In this document: positions 32,210 to 45,935 of the stretch, one piece after another | Position numbering within the stretch: the first letter of the stretch is position 1 | Layout: every line of letters begins with the position of its first letter | The notes under the pieces: generated by a model | What the model was told of the DNA's origin: nothing | Database searches by the model: none | Seen by the model: only the letters and a program-made list of their open reading frames with translations | Source of the DNA: Eledone cirrhosa | Lineage: Eukaryota | DNA: 64,000 nt | Direction of reading: 5' to 3' | NCBI GenBank assembly: GCA_964016885.1 | Contig: OZ024741.1 | Coordinates: 106,206,001 to 106,270,000 of the forward strand | Program-made: the position numbers and the translations under genes

Positions 32210-35200
32210 ATCATCATCATCATCAGGTTTAGCGTCCGTGTTCCATGCTTGCATGGGTTTGGACGGGGGTTTTCCCACTTGAGGCAAGAGTGGTTGTCTT
32301 GCTCGCATAGGACTGTCTGGCGGGTTTTCTACAGTTGGATGCCCTTCCTAACACCAACCACATTTACAGTGTGGGGCTGGGAGGTTTTTACCGTGTTGCC
32401 TACACGGCCACATTACAGCGTGGACTGTCTGGCGGGTTTTCTACAGCTGGATGCCCTTCCTAACACCAACCACATTTACAGTGTGGGGCTGGGAGGTTTT
32501 TACCGTGTTGCCTACACGGCCACATTTACAACGTGGACTGTGTGTTTTTTTGTCGTGACACCTACACAATCTCATTTGTTTCGGCCTGGATGTTGTGGGA
32601 CCAACATAACTTTACATTGAAAGGGGCGGTGTGGATGGGGTGGAGGTGGTGGGACGGGGGGGGGTTGATAGAGATGCCTACTGACTGTAGTAGGTTTTTA
32701 CTTTGTATTTAGGTAAGGCGGGTCTTCTCTATTACTGAGTACCGCCAAAGGTCTCGGTCCAGTGACATTGTCTTGGAGAGGTGTAAGCGTGTGAGGTCGG
32801 AATTTATCAGCTCGTCCCATGTTTTTCTGGGTCTGCCTACTCCGTGGCTACCGTCTATCTTTATTGCCCTGCACTTTGTTATACAGCTGTCGTCTTTCAT
32901 GCGCATCACGTGACCGTACCAACGTAGCCTTCTCTCGAGTAAACAACATCTGATCCCTCTTATTTCTAATTTTTTCCTTAGTTCGTTTATGCTTTGCCGT
33001 TCACGTATATTACTATTGCACATCCAGCGGAGCATGCAAGCTTCGTTCCTCTCTAGTCTGCGTATATCCTCTGCACACAATGCCCAGGTCTCACTGCCAT
33101 GCAGCATTGCTGTTCGTATGCAGGCATCGTATAACCTGCCTTTCATTTTTAGGGAGAACCCTCTAGCGGCTAATAGTGGTATAAGCTCTCTGAACTTTTT
33201 CCATCCAGTTCTGACTCTAGCTACTGTACTTTCAGAGCACCCTCCCCCACTGCTGATTTTGTCACCCAGATAACGGAAGCTGTCCACTATTTCTATAGAA
33301 CCCTCTGCGCAGTTGAAGGAGCTAGTATTTTGTGGGCACTTGCTGCTACTTATTGCACCAGAGCACCGGCCACATGTAAAATCTATGTTCTTAGTTAGCT
33401 TACCTGTGATCCCACTACATCTTTTATGCACCCATACTTTGCATTTGGGACATAAAATGGAGTTTCTACCTACGCCTTTCCTACACACCGAGCATGGCCA
33501 TTTCCCAGATGGGACTGCCACCTTATTTTCTTTCCTACAAACTAGAACTTTAGTCTTAGCCAGGTTAATTTTAAGGCCTTTTGATTCTAAGCCGTGCTTC
33601 CATGTTTGGAATTTCTTCTCTAGTTCGGTCATTGATTCAGCTATGAGCGTTAGATCATCTGCGTATAGGAGTTCCCATGGGCAGCCGGTCTTGAACTCCT
33701 CTGTTATAGCCTGAAGGGCAATAATAAATAGTAGGGGGCTAAGAACAGAGCCCTGATGGACACCAACTTTTACGCTAAACTCTTCACTATATTCGTTGTT
33801 AATTCTAACCTTACTGACTATTTCTTTATACATGGCTTGTATAGCTCTCACAAGCCATTCGTCAACACCTAGTTTTCTAAGAGACCACCAGATAATGGAA
33901 CGGGGGACTCTGTCGAAGGCTTTCTCCAAGTCGACGAAAGCTAAGTATAGGGGTTTACTTTTAGCAAGGTACTTCTCCTGTAGTTGTCGTACAATGAAAA
34001 GAGCGTCTGTGGTACTTTTGCCTGACACAAATCCGAACTGCATTTCATCTAGATCAATTCTCTCTCTGATTAGTTGCGCTATTACTTTTTCCGTGACCTT
34101 CATGACCTGGTCGATTAATTTAATGCCTCTATAGTTACTCCTATCTAGGGCATCTCCTTTTCCCTTATAGCAGTTAACGATGATGCTGCTACGCCAGTCC
34201 TTCGGAACAACCCCATTCTGTACGACTTGGTTAACTATCCGGGTGACCATGGTGTGTCCCACCGAACCAGATGCCTTCAGCATCTCAGCAACTATTTCCG
34301 AAGGCCCAGCCACCTTACCCATCTTCATATCTTTGATTGCCTTGCTTATTGTACTACCCTGGACTAACACTGCTGGTCCCTCTATTGGGTCGATGTGGGG
34401 GAGACTGTCTTTCTCCCATTTGTTCTCCTCATTTAGAAGCCTTTCGTAGTGACACTTCCAAGCTACCTTCTTATCAGCGTCGGTGATGGCAAGTATGCCA
34501 TCATCGTTAAGTACACACTTCTCCCCGTCAATATCACGGTTTTCCTTGACACATTGCCTGGCAATCCTGAACACCTCACGTTTTTGGTCCTCACGTTGTA
34601 GAACATGCTTGAACTTTCTTTCCTCTGCTTCCCTTCTTGCGAAGTACACTTGTCTCCTAGCTTCCCTCCTGGCCACCTGATAGTCTTCTCTACTTCCCCC
34701 ATCCCGCCATACTTTCCAAGCCTGCTTTTTGGCCTTAATTGACTCCTCCACCTTACTGTTCCACCACCATGTTACTCTCCTCCTACCTACAGGCCTGCTC
34801 CAGCCACAGACTTCGTCTGCCGCCGTCAGCAGGTTTGCTCTCAGGAATTCTCACTGTTCCTCTATATTATACGACTCTAATTTCTCTTCCTTACTGTCGA
34901 AAGCGTCAAGTAATATGCTTTGAAATTTATTTCTGGCTATGGGGTCCTTTAGCTTCCATATTTTTCTCCTGAGGATAGTCCTCTTCCGCTGTCTAGTACG
35001 TCTCGTCCTGACTATGAGGTCGCTAATTATCAGTCTATGTTGGGAGGTGAATTCTTCATGGGGGAGGGATTTAGTGTTAACAACAGACACTCTGTCACGT
35101 CTTCTGGTAAGGATATAATCTACCTGGCTTGTGTGTTCCCCCGATCTATAGGTGATCAAGTGATTGTCTCGTTTTTTGAAGTTAGTGTTACAGATAGTTA

Positions 35201-36065
35201 AGTTATTTGCGTCGCAGAATTCCAGGATTCTGGAGCCTTCCTCATTTCTAGTACCGAACCCATAGCCTCCATGGATTCTGTCATAGCCGTCACAATGTTG
35301 TCCAACGTGACCATTTAGGTCGCCTGCAATAACTATATAGTCACTGTCGGTTATTTGGGAGGTAGCGAGCATCAGTGTCTCGTAGAATCTGTCTTTTATA
35401 GCACCGGGCAGTCCGGATTGTGGTGCGTACGCAGATATTACTGTCACCGTAGTTTTATTGAGGACAAGTCTTATTTTAATTATTCTGTCGTTCACTCTAT
35501 TTACGTCTATTATCTTATCTGCCCACTTTTCTGCTACCATGATTCCTACCCCACCCAACCCATTGTCATTTCCCACCCAGAAAAGCTTATAGCATCGTTC
35601 TTTACCCACGATGAATGTAGCCGACCCTCCCCTCCACCTGGTCTCTTGAATACAACAAACATCGACCTCCTTACGTTCAAGCATTTCTACAACCTCGTTA
35701 GAGCGACCCTTTAAGGTGCCTACATTCATGGTACCAACTCTGAAGTTTTGGATTGCGTTTGGAGGGTGGGAGCGGTGGGGCGCGGGGGGGGATGGGGTTA
35801 TGTTAGCCATCCTGGGCCGAAACAAGGCGGAGTGCTTGCATTCTCGTCCACGAGGTGAATTTGTCTTTATCTTTGGCATTGTCGCTGAGCGTCCACATTT
35901 TTCTCTCTTCAACTCTCCAGAATTCCGTAGTCCATCCATCATATCGAAAAGCAACCAGTTAAGCGATAGTATGGGCCTCTGACTTATGATTGGTCCACGT
36001 AATAATGGTGGTGCGTGGGGGCGGGTCGGAGGGATGATGGGTTGTTAGCGAGAATGTAAGGTTTA
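32210..36065 (-). mobile_element. RTE LINE, essentially full length, one nonsense codon
   Basis: ORFs 34851-35954 (EN) and 32709-34751 (RT-PHD) share one frame, split by TGA where the 25001 copy has TGG (W). (GAT)n tail at 32210-32225. Confidence 0.93.
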
Positions 36066-36095
36066 ATATATATATACTGTATATATATATATACA

Positions 36096-36171
<76 letters not shown>

Positions 36172-36204
36172 TATATATATATATACAGTATATATATATA
36201 TACA

Positions 36205-36244
<40 letters not shown>

Positions 36245-36264
36245 TATATATATATATATATATA

Positions 36265-39200
36265 TTAGAAAGTGAGGTTTTTTTTACAAAATGAAAAATA
36301 ACCGAGGTGTCCTACACGAGTGGAAGTATAAAAAAAAAGAGATGAAATCGAAAATGCAACTGAAGTCTTATTTTTTTTAAAAATATATATATTTATTTGG
36401 TTCCTTTACCAGTTTCGCAGTTCTTCTGCTTTTCAAAAGGTGAGTTGAGATGGAGGGTCTGTGGTTTTTCTCACATCTGGTTGGTCTCTGAATGTTACTT
36501 GTTTTATATGGAAAAAGTGGCTCGAAAGCCAGGTTTTTCGAGAAGTAATTTGATTGGTTTGTCAATAATTATAATAAATTTCGCGCCAGTTCGCGTTACA
36601 ATAGTTCTTCAAATAAGAGAGGGGGGTTGTCACAGGTTGTTTTTTCATATATGAGTGTTTGAATTTCTTTTTACTTGAAAAAAGGAGGCTCACGAAGGCT
36701 TTTTTTTTGGTTGGTTATAAATGAAATTTGGCTGTCACGTGAACAAGTTTTCATTACATTTTTGCGCCCTTATTTGGAAAACTATTCTGTAGTCTTTATA
36801 GTGAATGTTATGACAATGGAGAGATAGTGGTCAAGGGAAAAGGGATTGGGAGAAATGTTCTGGTTCAGTGAATATGGCCAGCTGTCAGAGTTCAGGTGTC
36901 AGAGTTCAGATTTTCTATTGAGACTGAAGATATGTGTTTATTTGTGTGCTTGTGTGTGTGTATGTATGTGTGTGTGTGTGTGTGTATGTGTGTATTGGAA
37001 GATGATTCTATTAGTAGAGATGGGGGAGGGAGTTGTGTGTGTGTGTATATGGGTGTTATGTGTGTGTGTGCGAGTATGTTAAGATGGAGAGAATATATAT
37101 TTTGTGTGTGTGTATATATATATGTGTGTAGGAAAGTGGTTCTATTAGTAGAAATGGGTTGTAGGTGTGGGGGTTGTTATGTGTGTGTATGGGTGTTATG
37201 TGTGTGGGAGTATGGTTAGCATGTTAAGATGAAGAGAATATATATATATATATATATTGTATGTGTGTGTAGGAAAGTGATTCCTTTAGTAGGAATATTT
37301 TTGAATGAACATATTTTCCTGACTTTTTCGTGTTTGCTGTTGTGTTGCCAGTGCAAACGTATGTTAAGGTTTATTTAGTTCGGGTTTTTATTTTCTAAAG
37401 TAGAAGGTGTTATGTGTGTGTGTGTATGTCATATTGTGGTGTTGACATAATGTATATTAAACCTTATTTAATGTTGGTCTATATTTTTGAATAAACATAT
37501 TTTCCTTATTTATTCGCATTTGTTCTGTTGTATTGTTAGCGCAAAGGTAAAATGGGAAGACTTGGAATTTGGGTGTCTTATTACTTGCGCAAATGTCTAG
37601 ATGTGCACTTAGTGGTATCTGTCTCGTGGTTGGATCTCGTAATTGTTGGCGATGAACTGTCATTCTGTTTCTGAGTGTGAGTTTAGTTTGTCCTATATAA
37701 TCTTCATTGCATCCTTTACATTTAATGGCATAAATTAGATTTTTTGATGAGCAAGTGAAGTGATTTTTTACAGTAAAATTTTGTCCTGATTTAAATGTAT
37801 ACGTGTTGCCTTCAATGAGGTGAGTGCAGGTTCCACAATTAGAGCGACCACATTTTTTGATACTTGGTTGTGGGTTTGTGGTAGGTAATTTGGCATTGGT
37901 GAGTAATGTTTTCAGTGATTTTGGTTGTCTTTTGCTTTTGATTATTTTGTGCGTTTCAAGGGCTTTTTTCATTCTTGGGTTTTGTTTTAGTAGTGGGATG
38001 TTATTGTGAATAGTGTTGTAAGCTTCCGCATTTCTTGGGTTGTGTGTTGAGATATATGGTAGAATATTGGACGTACCTTGAATTTGTTTCTGTTTCCGTA
38101 ATTCATCAATGCCTATTGCTTTAGCCCTTTCTATTCCATTATTTATTAGTAATAGTGGGTACTCTCTCTCAAGTAGAATTTCCTTTAATTCTTGAAGTCT
38201 TTTATTTCGCGTTTCATAATTGGAGACAATTGTGCAAATTCTTCTTGCTAGGTTAAAAGGAATGTTCGTCTTCGTGTGCTTTGGATGGTTGGAGGTGAAT
38301 AGCAGATATTGTTTGGAATCTGTTGGTTTGTAGTGTATGTCAGTTTCGATATTTGTGTCTTTTTTTGTGATTAAGATGTCCAGAAATGGGAGTTGATCTT
38401 GGCTGTATTCCATTGTGAATTGGATGTGGTTATTGATGCCGTTTATTAAGTTTTTGAAATCCTTCAGTTGGTCGAGTGTGTGGGACCAAAGAATGAGGCA
38501 ATCATCCAAGTAGCGTTTCCAATTCTCTGATAAATATTTGTGGAAGTTCAATCCGTATTTTGATTTGGACTGTTCATATATCTGGACTTCTAAGTATGCC
38601 ATGACTAAGTTGGCATAAGTTGGAGCGGCTTTTGTGCCCATCGCAGTCCCCGATATTTGCTTGTAAGTATTGCCATCGAAATCAAAAAAGTTGTTCTGTA
38701 GGATGAATTTTAATCCCTCGGTGATGAAGCTTTTTTCTATTCTGTCAGGTATCTCATTTGGGATATTTCTCTAGCCAGAATCCTATTGCTTCTATTCCGT
38801 ATTGGTGTGGGATCGTTGTGTAGAGATTCACTACATCGAAAGACACAATAATAGTGTCGTTGTTGACATGTTTGGGGAGGTGGTTTAAGAGGTCCAGATC
38901 GTCTCTTGCAAGGCTTGGTATGTGTTTCAGTATTGGTTTCAGTAGTATGTCTATAAAGTTGCTCAATCTGTGTGTTTCACATTGTGGGCCCGCTACAATT
39001 GGTCTTAATTTAAGGTCTGTGGGGTATTGTGTGTTCACGCAGGCTGAGGTGGATTGTTTACAGGCATCGTTGATTATTTTACATTTGTGGATCTTCGGAA
39101 GTCCGTAAAGTTTGCTGGTTTTGTATTCAAAATTTGTTAAATAATCGCGTTCCTTTTTAGTTAGGTCTTCCTGGTATCGATAAATCAGTGTGTTTAATTT

Positions 39201-40595
39201 GGTCATTATTTTTGATTGCTGGTAGTTTTTTACTCTTTCATAGTAATTAGTATTTTGTAAGAGAGAGAACATAGAATTTTTATATTTTTCGGCCTCCATA
39301 ATGACAACAGTACTTCCCTTGTCCGCTTCCTTAATTACAATGTCCGTATTGTTTTTTAGTTCATGGATAATCTCCCATTCCCTTCGACTTGTGTTGGGTT
39401 TGGGTTTAGGTTGCGGTAGTTCATGGTATGGGAAGGTAGCTATGTGGTCACAAAATTTGTCCAGAACTCTGTTTCTACCTTTTGTTGGGTTGTAGCTGCT
39501 TTTATTCTGTACAATTGATTCGTCGTTATTCTCCTTGTCAAAGAATTCCTCTGTGAGACGTAATTTTCTACAGAAGTGTGAGATATCGTCATTTATCTCG
39601 TTGGGGTTAGGATATTGTGGTGTTGGTGTGAATTTCAGACCTTTGGAGAGAATTTTTACTTGTTGGGCTGAGAGGTTTGTATTTGAAATGTTAATTATTT
39701 TCGGTTTTTCAAAATCAGTTTGTGCCACCGGGTGTCGTGAGTCCTGTAGCCTTGGTCTAAAAAATGATTTTTCTGGAATGTTTTTTCATTGGTATTATTA
39801 TATCTAATGGTATTTCCCCTGTTGTTGTGTGGTCTTGTATAGAAGTTTCGGACGTATTGAGGTTCGGTTTGTTGATAGTCCGGGTTGTAGATTTGGTTCC
39901 TTTGTGTGGGTTGGGATCTATGGTTTTGGAACAGGCTCTGTGTGGGCAGGGGTCTACGGTTTTGGAATAGGTTTTGTGTGGGTTGTGATCTGCAGATCAG
40001 GTCCTGCCTTGTGTTCGGGGATCTTTGGTTTTTGTTAGTAGGGTTATAGTTTTGTCTATGGTTTCTATCGTTATAGTTTTGCTGGGGGTATGTTGGACAT
40101 TTTGTTACTTTTTTTGTTATTTGTTGTGCATGTGGTGTGTGAGTTTTGGTTTGTTTTAAAAATGGGTTACCTGTATGTTGTTCATTTTTGAAGTCCATTT
40201 CGTAGTTGTTGAACCAGGTGGCGTTTTTTTCCCATCGCTGGAGGGATGTGAGTTCTTCATCCTCACAGTTTTCTTTCCAAAGTTTTAGGGTTTTTTTGTA
40301 GAGTAGGCCTTCAGAGTGCTTTGAGATTTCTGTGTTCATCTGTTGGTCGAGTGACTTGAAATTTTCTTCGTTGGAGTTGGCTCTTAATCGCAACAGTTCT
40401 ATTTCTGTTTTAAATTTTTCCCTAAGTCTTTGTTGGTTTTCTGGTTCATTCGGGATGGGTTTTATTTGGAGTTTTTTGGGGAGGATGATTGGGGTAGAGT
40501 TTAGCCACTTTTCATATATGTCTGCCTTGCCATTATTTTTTAGGAGATTCCAAAGGGCGAATTTGCGGGCTGTGAGCTTTTGAGTCCATATGTTG

Positions 40596-40597
<2 letters not shown>
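36265..40597 (-). mobile_element. Penelope-like element (RT plus GIY-YIG; Cys-rich linker suggests Neptune type) with pLTR-like 3' region
   Basis: Motifs LSKGLKFTPTP, KEADKG, YGLPKIHK, LRPIV, SFDVVNLYT, GTAMGT, RYLDD, CGRSNCGTC and LIYAIKC...YIGQT...RMTVH. Frameshifts near 39730 and 38760. Hammerhead at 36403-36440. Confidence 0.92.
36403..36440 (-). ncRNA. Minimal type I hammerhead ribozyme, U3-A8 variant
   Basis: CCTT-TTGAAAA-GCAG(AAGAA)CTGC-GAAAC(TG)GTA-AAGG. Confidence 0.7.
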
Positions 40598-40644
<47 letters not shown>

Positions 40645-40714
40645 GTATATATATATATATATATACAGGTATATATATATATATATATATACAGGTATAT
40701 ATATATATATATAC

Positions 40715-40776
<62 letters not shown>

Positions 40777-41063
40777 GTATATATATATATATACAGGTAT
40801 ATATATATATATACAGGTATATATATATATATATATACAGGTATATATATGTGTATATAGAGAGAGAGAGAGAATAACATTAGAATTTAGCTTTGAACAT
40901 AGCTGTATACAAATATGTATTTGAATTTTGTATTTCTAAAGAAATATGGTATGTTTATAAAAACATTTAGAAAGACATAGCTATGAGCTTCATATGCAAA
41001 TGTGATTAATCCCTTCATTTACACAGACGAAAAAACTATATATTTTTACCTGTTTTCAAAGAC

Positions 41064-41160
41064 CAGCAGTTGCAAGAGCAGGAGAGATCGTCCAGACGAG
41101 AACTAGTTGAGTTCAAAATGCATCAACGATTATCCCCCTTGCTTCTGCTGGACACTGCTG
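41064..41160 (+). ncRNA. Degenerate hammerhead with extended stem I
   Basis: ATCGTC-CAGACGA-GAACT(AGTTG)AGTTC-AAA-ATGCAT-C-AACGAT; two core mutations. Confidence 0.45.
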
Positions 41161-41483
41161 TGTGAAATTAGCTGCCAGTGTTTTTCATACCTATGGCCTT
41201 ATAAACAAACTATATTTCTAAAGAAATACGAAATTCAAATGTATATATATATATATATATACACATCTGTATATGTATATATATATATATATATACACAT
41301 CTGTATATGTATATATATATATATATATATATAAATAAAAGATTCCCTCTTGAATCCTTTTCTCTGCCTACTCAAAGACCCCCCCCCCGGAGGGGGGGGC
41401 TTCCTTCTTTTTCTCCTTCTTCATTCTTTTCTTCTCCCACTCTTCATTAATCAATTGACCTACTCCCATTCACCACTAGATAA

Positions 41484-42370
41484 CACTGTGTAACATGATT
41501 TTTGTCCTTGGGTAGCAACTATTATTTTCTTTTTGCATATGTCTAGAAAGTATAAAAAATGGATATTTCCTTCAAATTTTGCTTTTATGGCCATGATAAT
41601 GATATTTCTAAATTTACCTAATCTCATTAGGAAAACTGCCAAATGTGAACATTCTCATTCAAGCAAAGTTGGAATAAAATGACATATGATTAAAAAAAGT
41701 AGCATTTATTTATTCTAGGATTACACTGTGTGACAAAAATTTTACTTTTTTTTTTTTGTCTTTGGTCAATGAGTACTATTTCCTGCTTTCTGCTGCCTAG
41801 AAAGAGCAGAAAAAGACTATTATTCTGCTCTAAATTTGCTTTTGACTAGTACAGCCAATGGTTGATCTCCGGAAGGTATTGTTCCCACCACGTCACGTAC
41901 CATTGGGCCTTATGTCACAGCTCTAGATAAAGAGTCGGCAGCCTTCAAGTACCTTCAACACTTCTTCCCTAAGCTGTCTGAGGCAAAAGTGAAAGCAGGT
42001 ATCTTCATCAGCCCACAAATAACAAAGATTATGGAGTGCAGGGAATTTCCGAAGAAGCTCACTAACACAGAGGAGGTAGCATGGAACATCTTTGATACAG
42101 TGGTTCAGGGCTTCCTGGGGTATCACAAGGCCGAAAATTATGCAGAGCTTGTTGAGACCCTGGTGAAGAACTTCGGCAAAATGGGTTGCAAGATGTCCCT
42201 CAAAGTACATATCCATGACGCTCATCTTGATAAATTCAAGGGGAACGTGGGAGCATCCCTGAAGAGCAAGGTGAGCACTTCCACCAGGATATATTTGATT
42301 TTGAACAATGTTATCAAGGATCATATAATGAAAATATGATGGGAGACTCTATATGGGGGCTGAATTGTGA
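41484..42370 (+). mobile_element. DNA transposon remnant, probably Chapaev/CMC-type transposase C-terminus
   Basis: FPKLSEAKVKAGIF.SPQI...MSLKVH..DAHLDKF, then frameshifted EQGEHFHQDI...YQGSYNENMMGD. CACTGTGT TIR-like starts at 41484 and 41724. Family assignment is from memory of motifs. Confidence 0.6.
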
Positions 42371-42613
42371 AAGCAATTTGCAGCTTAAGCATAAATCACT
42401 TCTAAGTTTTAATTGCTCCATTAGATGATGCCCCCCCACCCCCCACCCCACCCCGACACCAACATTAGCACCCTCACCTACCAATTAAGACACCTATAAA
42501 TAACAAGAACTCACCAAATTTATCTGCTGATGATTTCATATGAATGAAGCAATTCTAGTCCTGTAGAAGTCGTTTCTATATACAATTATATATATATGTG
42601 TGTGTGTGTATGT

Positions 42614-42646
<33 letters not shown>

Positions 42647-42664
42647 ATTTATATATATATATAT

Positions 42665-43108
42665 ATCATCATCATCATCATCACTGTTTTACATCCGTTC
42701 TTCCACGCTAGCATGGGTTAGACAGGGTTGTCCTGTTGTGGGCAGTGTCCAGTCAGCTGACCTTGTCTTGCTCATACGGGAACTGATTCTGGCTTGATTT
42801 CTACAGCTGGATGCCCTTCCTAACACCAACCTCATTTACAGTGAGTGCTGGGTGCTTTTTTTTCCGTGCCGCCTACACGTCCACTTTACAGTGTGGGCTG
42901 GGTGCTTTTTTGCCATGGCACCTCCACGACCACTTGGAATGATAGGGACCTCAGTCCTATCATCTCATTTATACAGCTGAGTAAACTGGAGCAATGTGAA
43001 ATAAAATGTCTTGCTCAAGGAAACAACACATCACCTGGTCCGAGAATTGAACTCACAACCTTTCGATTGCAAGCCTAAATGCTCTAACCACTAAGCCATG
43101 TGCCTTCA
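42665..43108 (-). mobile_element. tRNA/CORE-like SINE with the tail of RTE subfamily 2
   Basis: Head as at 10960-11122; tail matches 47750-48020. Confidence 0.75.
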
Positions 43109-43343
43109 TATATATATGTATTTATATATATATATGTATATGTATTTATTCAGGTTTGAGGTTCACCACTGTATAGAGCTGGTCTATTCCGTATGGTCAA
43201 TCGTAATGCAATAATATAGAGAGTACTCAACGTAAGGCAATTCAACCGTCTTTGTTTTTGTAGTTGGTGGTGCTATTACGGAGTTAAATATTATAATGAA
43301 ATGACAGGAGGCTGGATTTGTGTAAATCCTTGAAAGGTTTATT

Positions 43344-43401
43344 ATACTATGATCATTTCAATGACCGGGTTCCGTATGAATCCGGTGATATCATCAGGTA
43401 T
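43344..43401 (-). ncRNA. Type I hammerhead ribozyme (Penelope-type)
   Basis: ATAC-CTGATGA-long stem II (ACCGG/CCGGT)-GAA-ATGATCAT-A-GTAT; palindromic stem III. Confidence 0.75.
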
Positions 43402-44079
43402 TCGAAATATAATACGTGAATGTAATAGATAAAATCCATGGGGCTGAAAATCGAGGACCCGAGGGCGACCACTATTCTGTTCCTTCAACCTCAGCCAGTC
43501 ACCCTCGAGTGACGTGGCTAAAGTTTATAGTATGCTACTACCGGTCAGATAAACGAAAACAGAAAGGGATGGGAACATAAGTTAGCGTCAATCTCATGAC
43601 ACAAGGTAAAAGAAAGGAAGAAAGGAAGGAGAGAGAAGAAGGGGGAAGAAAGAAGAAGAGAAGCCAGGGTTAATGTCAGCTAAAAGAAGAAAGGCAATTA
43701 CTACCGGTCAGATATAGGCAAGCAAGAGGGGGAAGGAAGATAAGTTTGCAGGACAGGAAGAGGGGAGAAGAGAAGGAAGAGAAGAGAGAAGTATAAAAGT
43801 AAGGGTTGATGGCTACAAGAAGGAAGATAGAAAGAAAGAGGAAGAAATGTCGATATTAATGTCAGACCACAGTCAAGCCAGGAGTGGCGCGAGAAAATTT
43901 TCACAGGGACCCGCATCTTAGCAGAGGTGAATATATTGGGAGTCAGTGTGTTACAATGGATGAAGTTAAAAAATTAATAATCAATATTCAATATTAAAGA
44001 GGTTAGAAAATTTAAAGTATATGTATATGTATATATATATGTATATGTATATATGTATATGTATATATGTATATATATA

Positions 44080-44268
44080 TAATAATTGTTTCTACTTTAG
44101 GCACAAGGCCAGCAATTACCCAGTGCATTACTGGTACTTTATTTTATCGACCCCGTAAGGATGAAAGGCAAAGTCAACCTCGGCGGGATTTGAACTCAGA
44201 TGGTAAAGAGACGTAACTATGCTGGAAAGCATGGCGTCCGACCCTCTACCGATACTGCCAATCCACCG
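44080..44268 (-). mobile_element. tRNA-derived SINE
   Basis: Matches 2705-2890. Confidence 0.8.
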
Positions 44269-44299
44269 ATATATTTATATATGTATATATATATATATA

Positions 44300-44610
44300 T
44301 ATTAGAAATAAGAGGGATCAGATGTTGTTTACTCGAGAGAAGACTACGTTGGTATGGTCACCTGATGCGCATGAAAGACGACAGCTGTATAAAAAAGTGC
44401 AGGGCAATAAAAATAGACGGTAGCCACGAAGTAGGCAGACCCAGAAAAACCTGGAACGACTTGATAAATTACGACCTCACACACTTACACCTCTCCAAGA
44501 CAATGTCACTGGACCGAGATCTTTGGAACTACACAGTAATAGAGAAGACCCGCCTTACCTAAGTGCAAGGTGAAACCTACTACAGTCAGTAGGCACCTCT
44601 AACAAAATAT
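44300..44610 (+). mobile_element. RTE C-terminal fragment
   Basis: [20 protein letters not shown]...EKTRLT*. Confidence 0.85.
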
Positions 44611-44621
44611 ATACTCTTCTG

Positions 44622-44711
44622 GATACCTGCAGAAGAGCACAGGAATGGGAATTTTCACTTAATTGTTGCGAAACAAATTTAAGATTTGAAATTTAAATTT
44701 GTCCGGGTATC
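44622..44711 (+). ncRNA. Type I hammerhead with long stems and a U4A core change
   Basis: GATACCTG-CAGAAGA-GCA...TGC-GAA-ACAAATTTAA...TTAAATTTGT-C-CGGGTATC. Confidence 0.6.
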
Positions 44712-44944
44712 ACGGCTATTGCCAATATAGGTTTGTTTTTATTGATTTATTATTTTAAATCGAGAGAGGCAAACTGTATTAATTTAATTAGTATTTTTCA
44801 ATCTAGCTAACTTGGTCATTTGCAATACAAACACTTATATACTTGTATTAGTGTTTATCATATATTCATTTGTATTACACGGCTCAGAAATATCCCTTTC
44901 TTTGAGCTATTTAATTGTAAAAGACTGTTTGAGTTTATAACTCT

Positions 44945-45030
44945 ATATAATATATGTATTTATATATATGTATATATATGTATATATATATATATATATA
45001 TGTATATATCTATATGTATATATATATATG

Positions 45031-45077
<47 letters not shown>

Positions 45078-45218
45078 GTATGTATATATATATATGTATA
45101 TATATGTATATATACGTATATATATATATGTATATATATGTATATATACGTATATATATATGTATATATATATATATGTATATATATATATGTATATATA
45201 TATATATGTATATATATG

Positions 45219-45253
<35 letters not shown>

Positions 45254-45478
45254 GTATATATATATATGTATATATATGTATATATATATATATGTATATA
45301 TATGTATATATATGTATATATATATATATATGTATATATATGTATATATATGTATATATGTATATATATGTATATATGTATATATATGTATATATGTATA
45401 TATATGTATATATGTATATATATGTATATATGTATATATATGTATATATATATATATATGTATATATGTATATATATG

Positions 45479-45551
<73 letters not shown>

Positions 45552-45642
45552 GTATATATGTATATATATATATATATTTATATGTATATATGTATATATG
45601 TAGATATGTATATATGTATATATATATATATATGTATATATG

Positions 45643-45697
<55 letters not shown>

Positions 45698-45717
45698 GTA
45701 TATATATATATGTATAT

Positions 45718-45763
<46 letters not shown>

Positions 45764-45764
45764 G

Positions 45765-45817
<53 letters not shown>

Positions 45818-45935
45818 GTATATATATGTATATATATATATATATATGTATATATATGTATATATATATATATGTATATATATATACATATATATATATA
45901 TACATATACATATATATACATATATACATATATAC
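44945..45935. repeat. ~1-kb (TA)n/(TATG)n microsatellite
   Basis: Direct reading. Confidence 0.97.
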
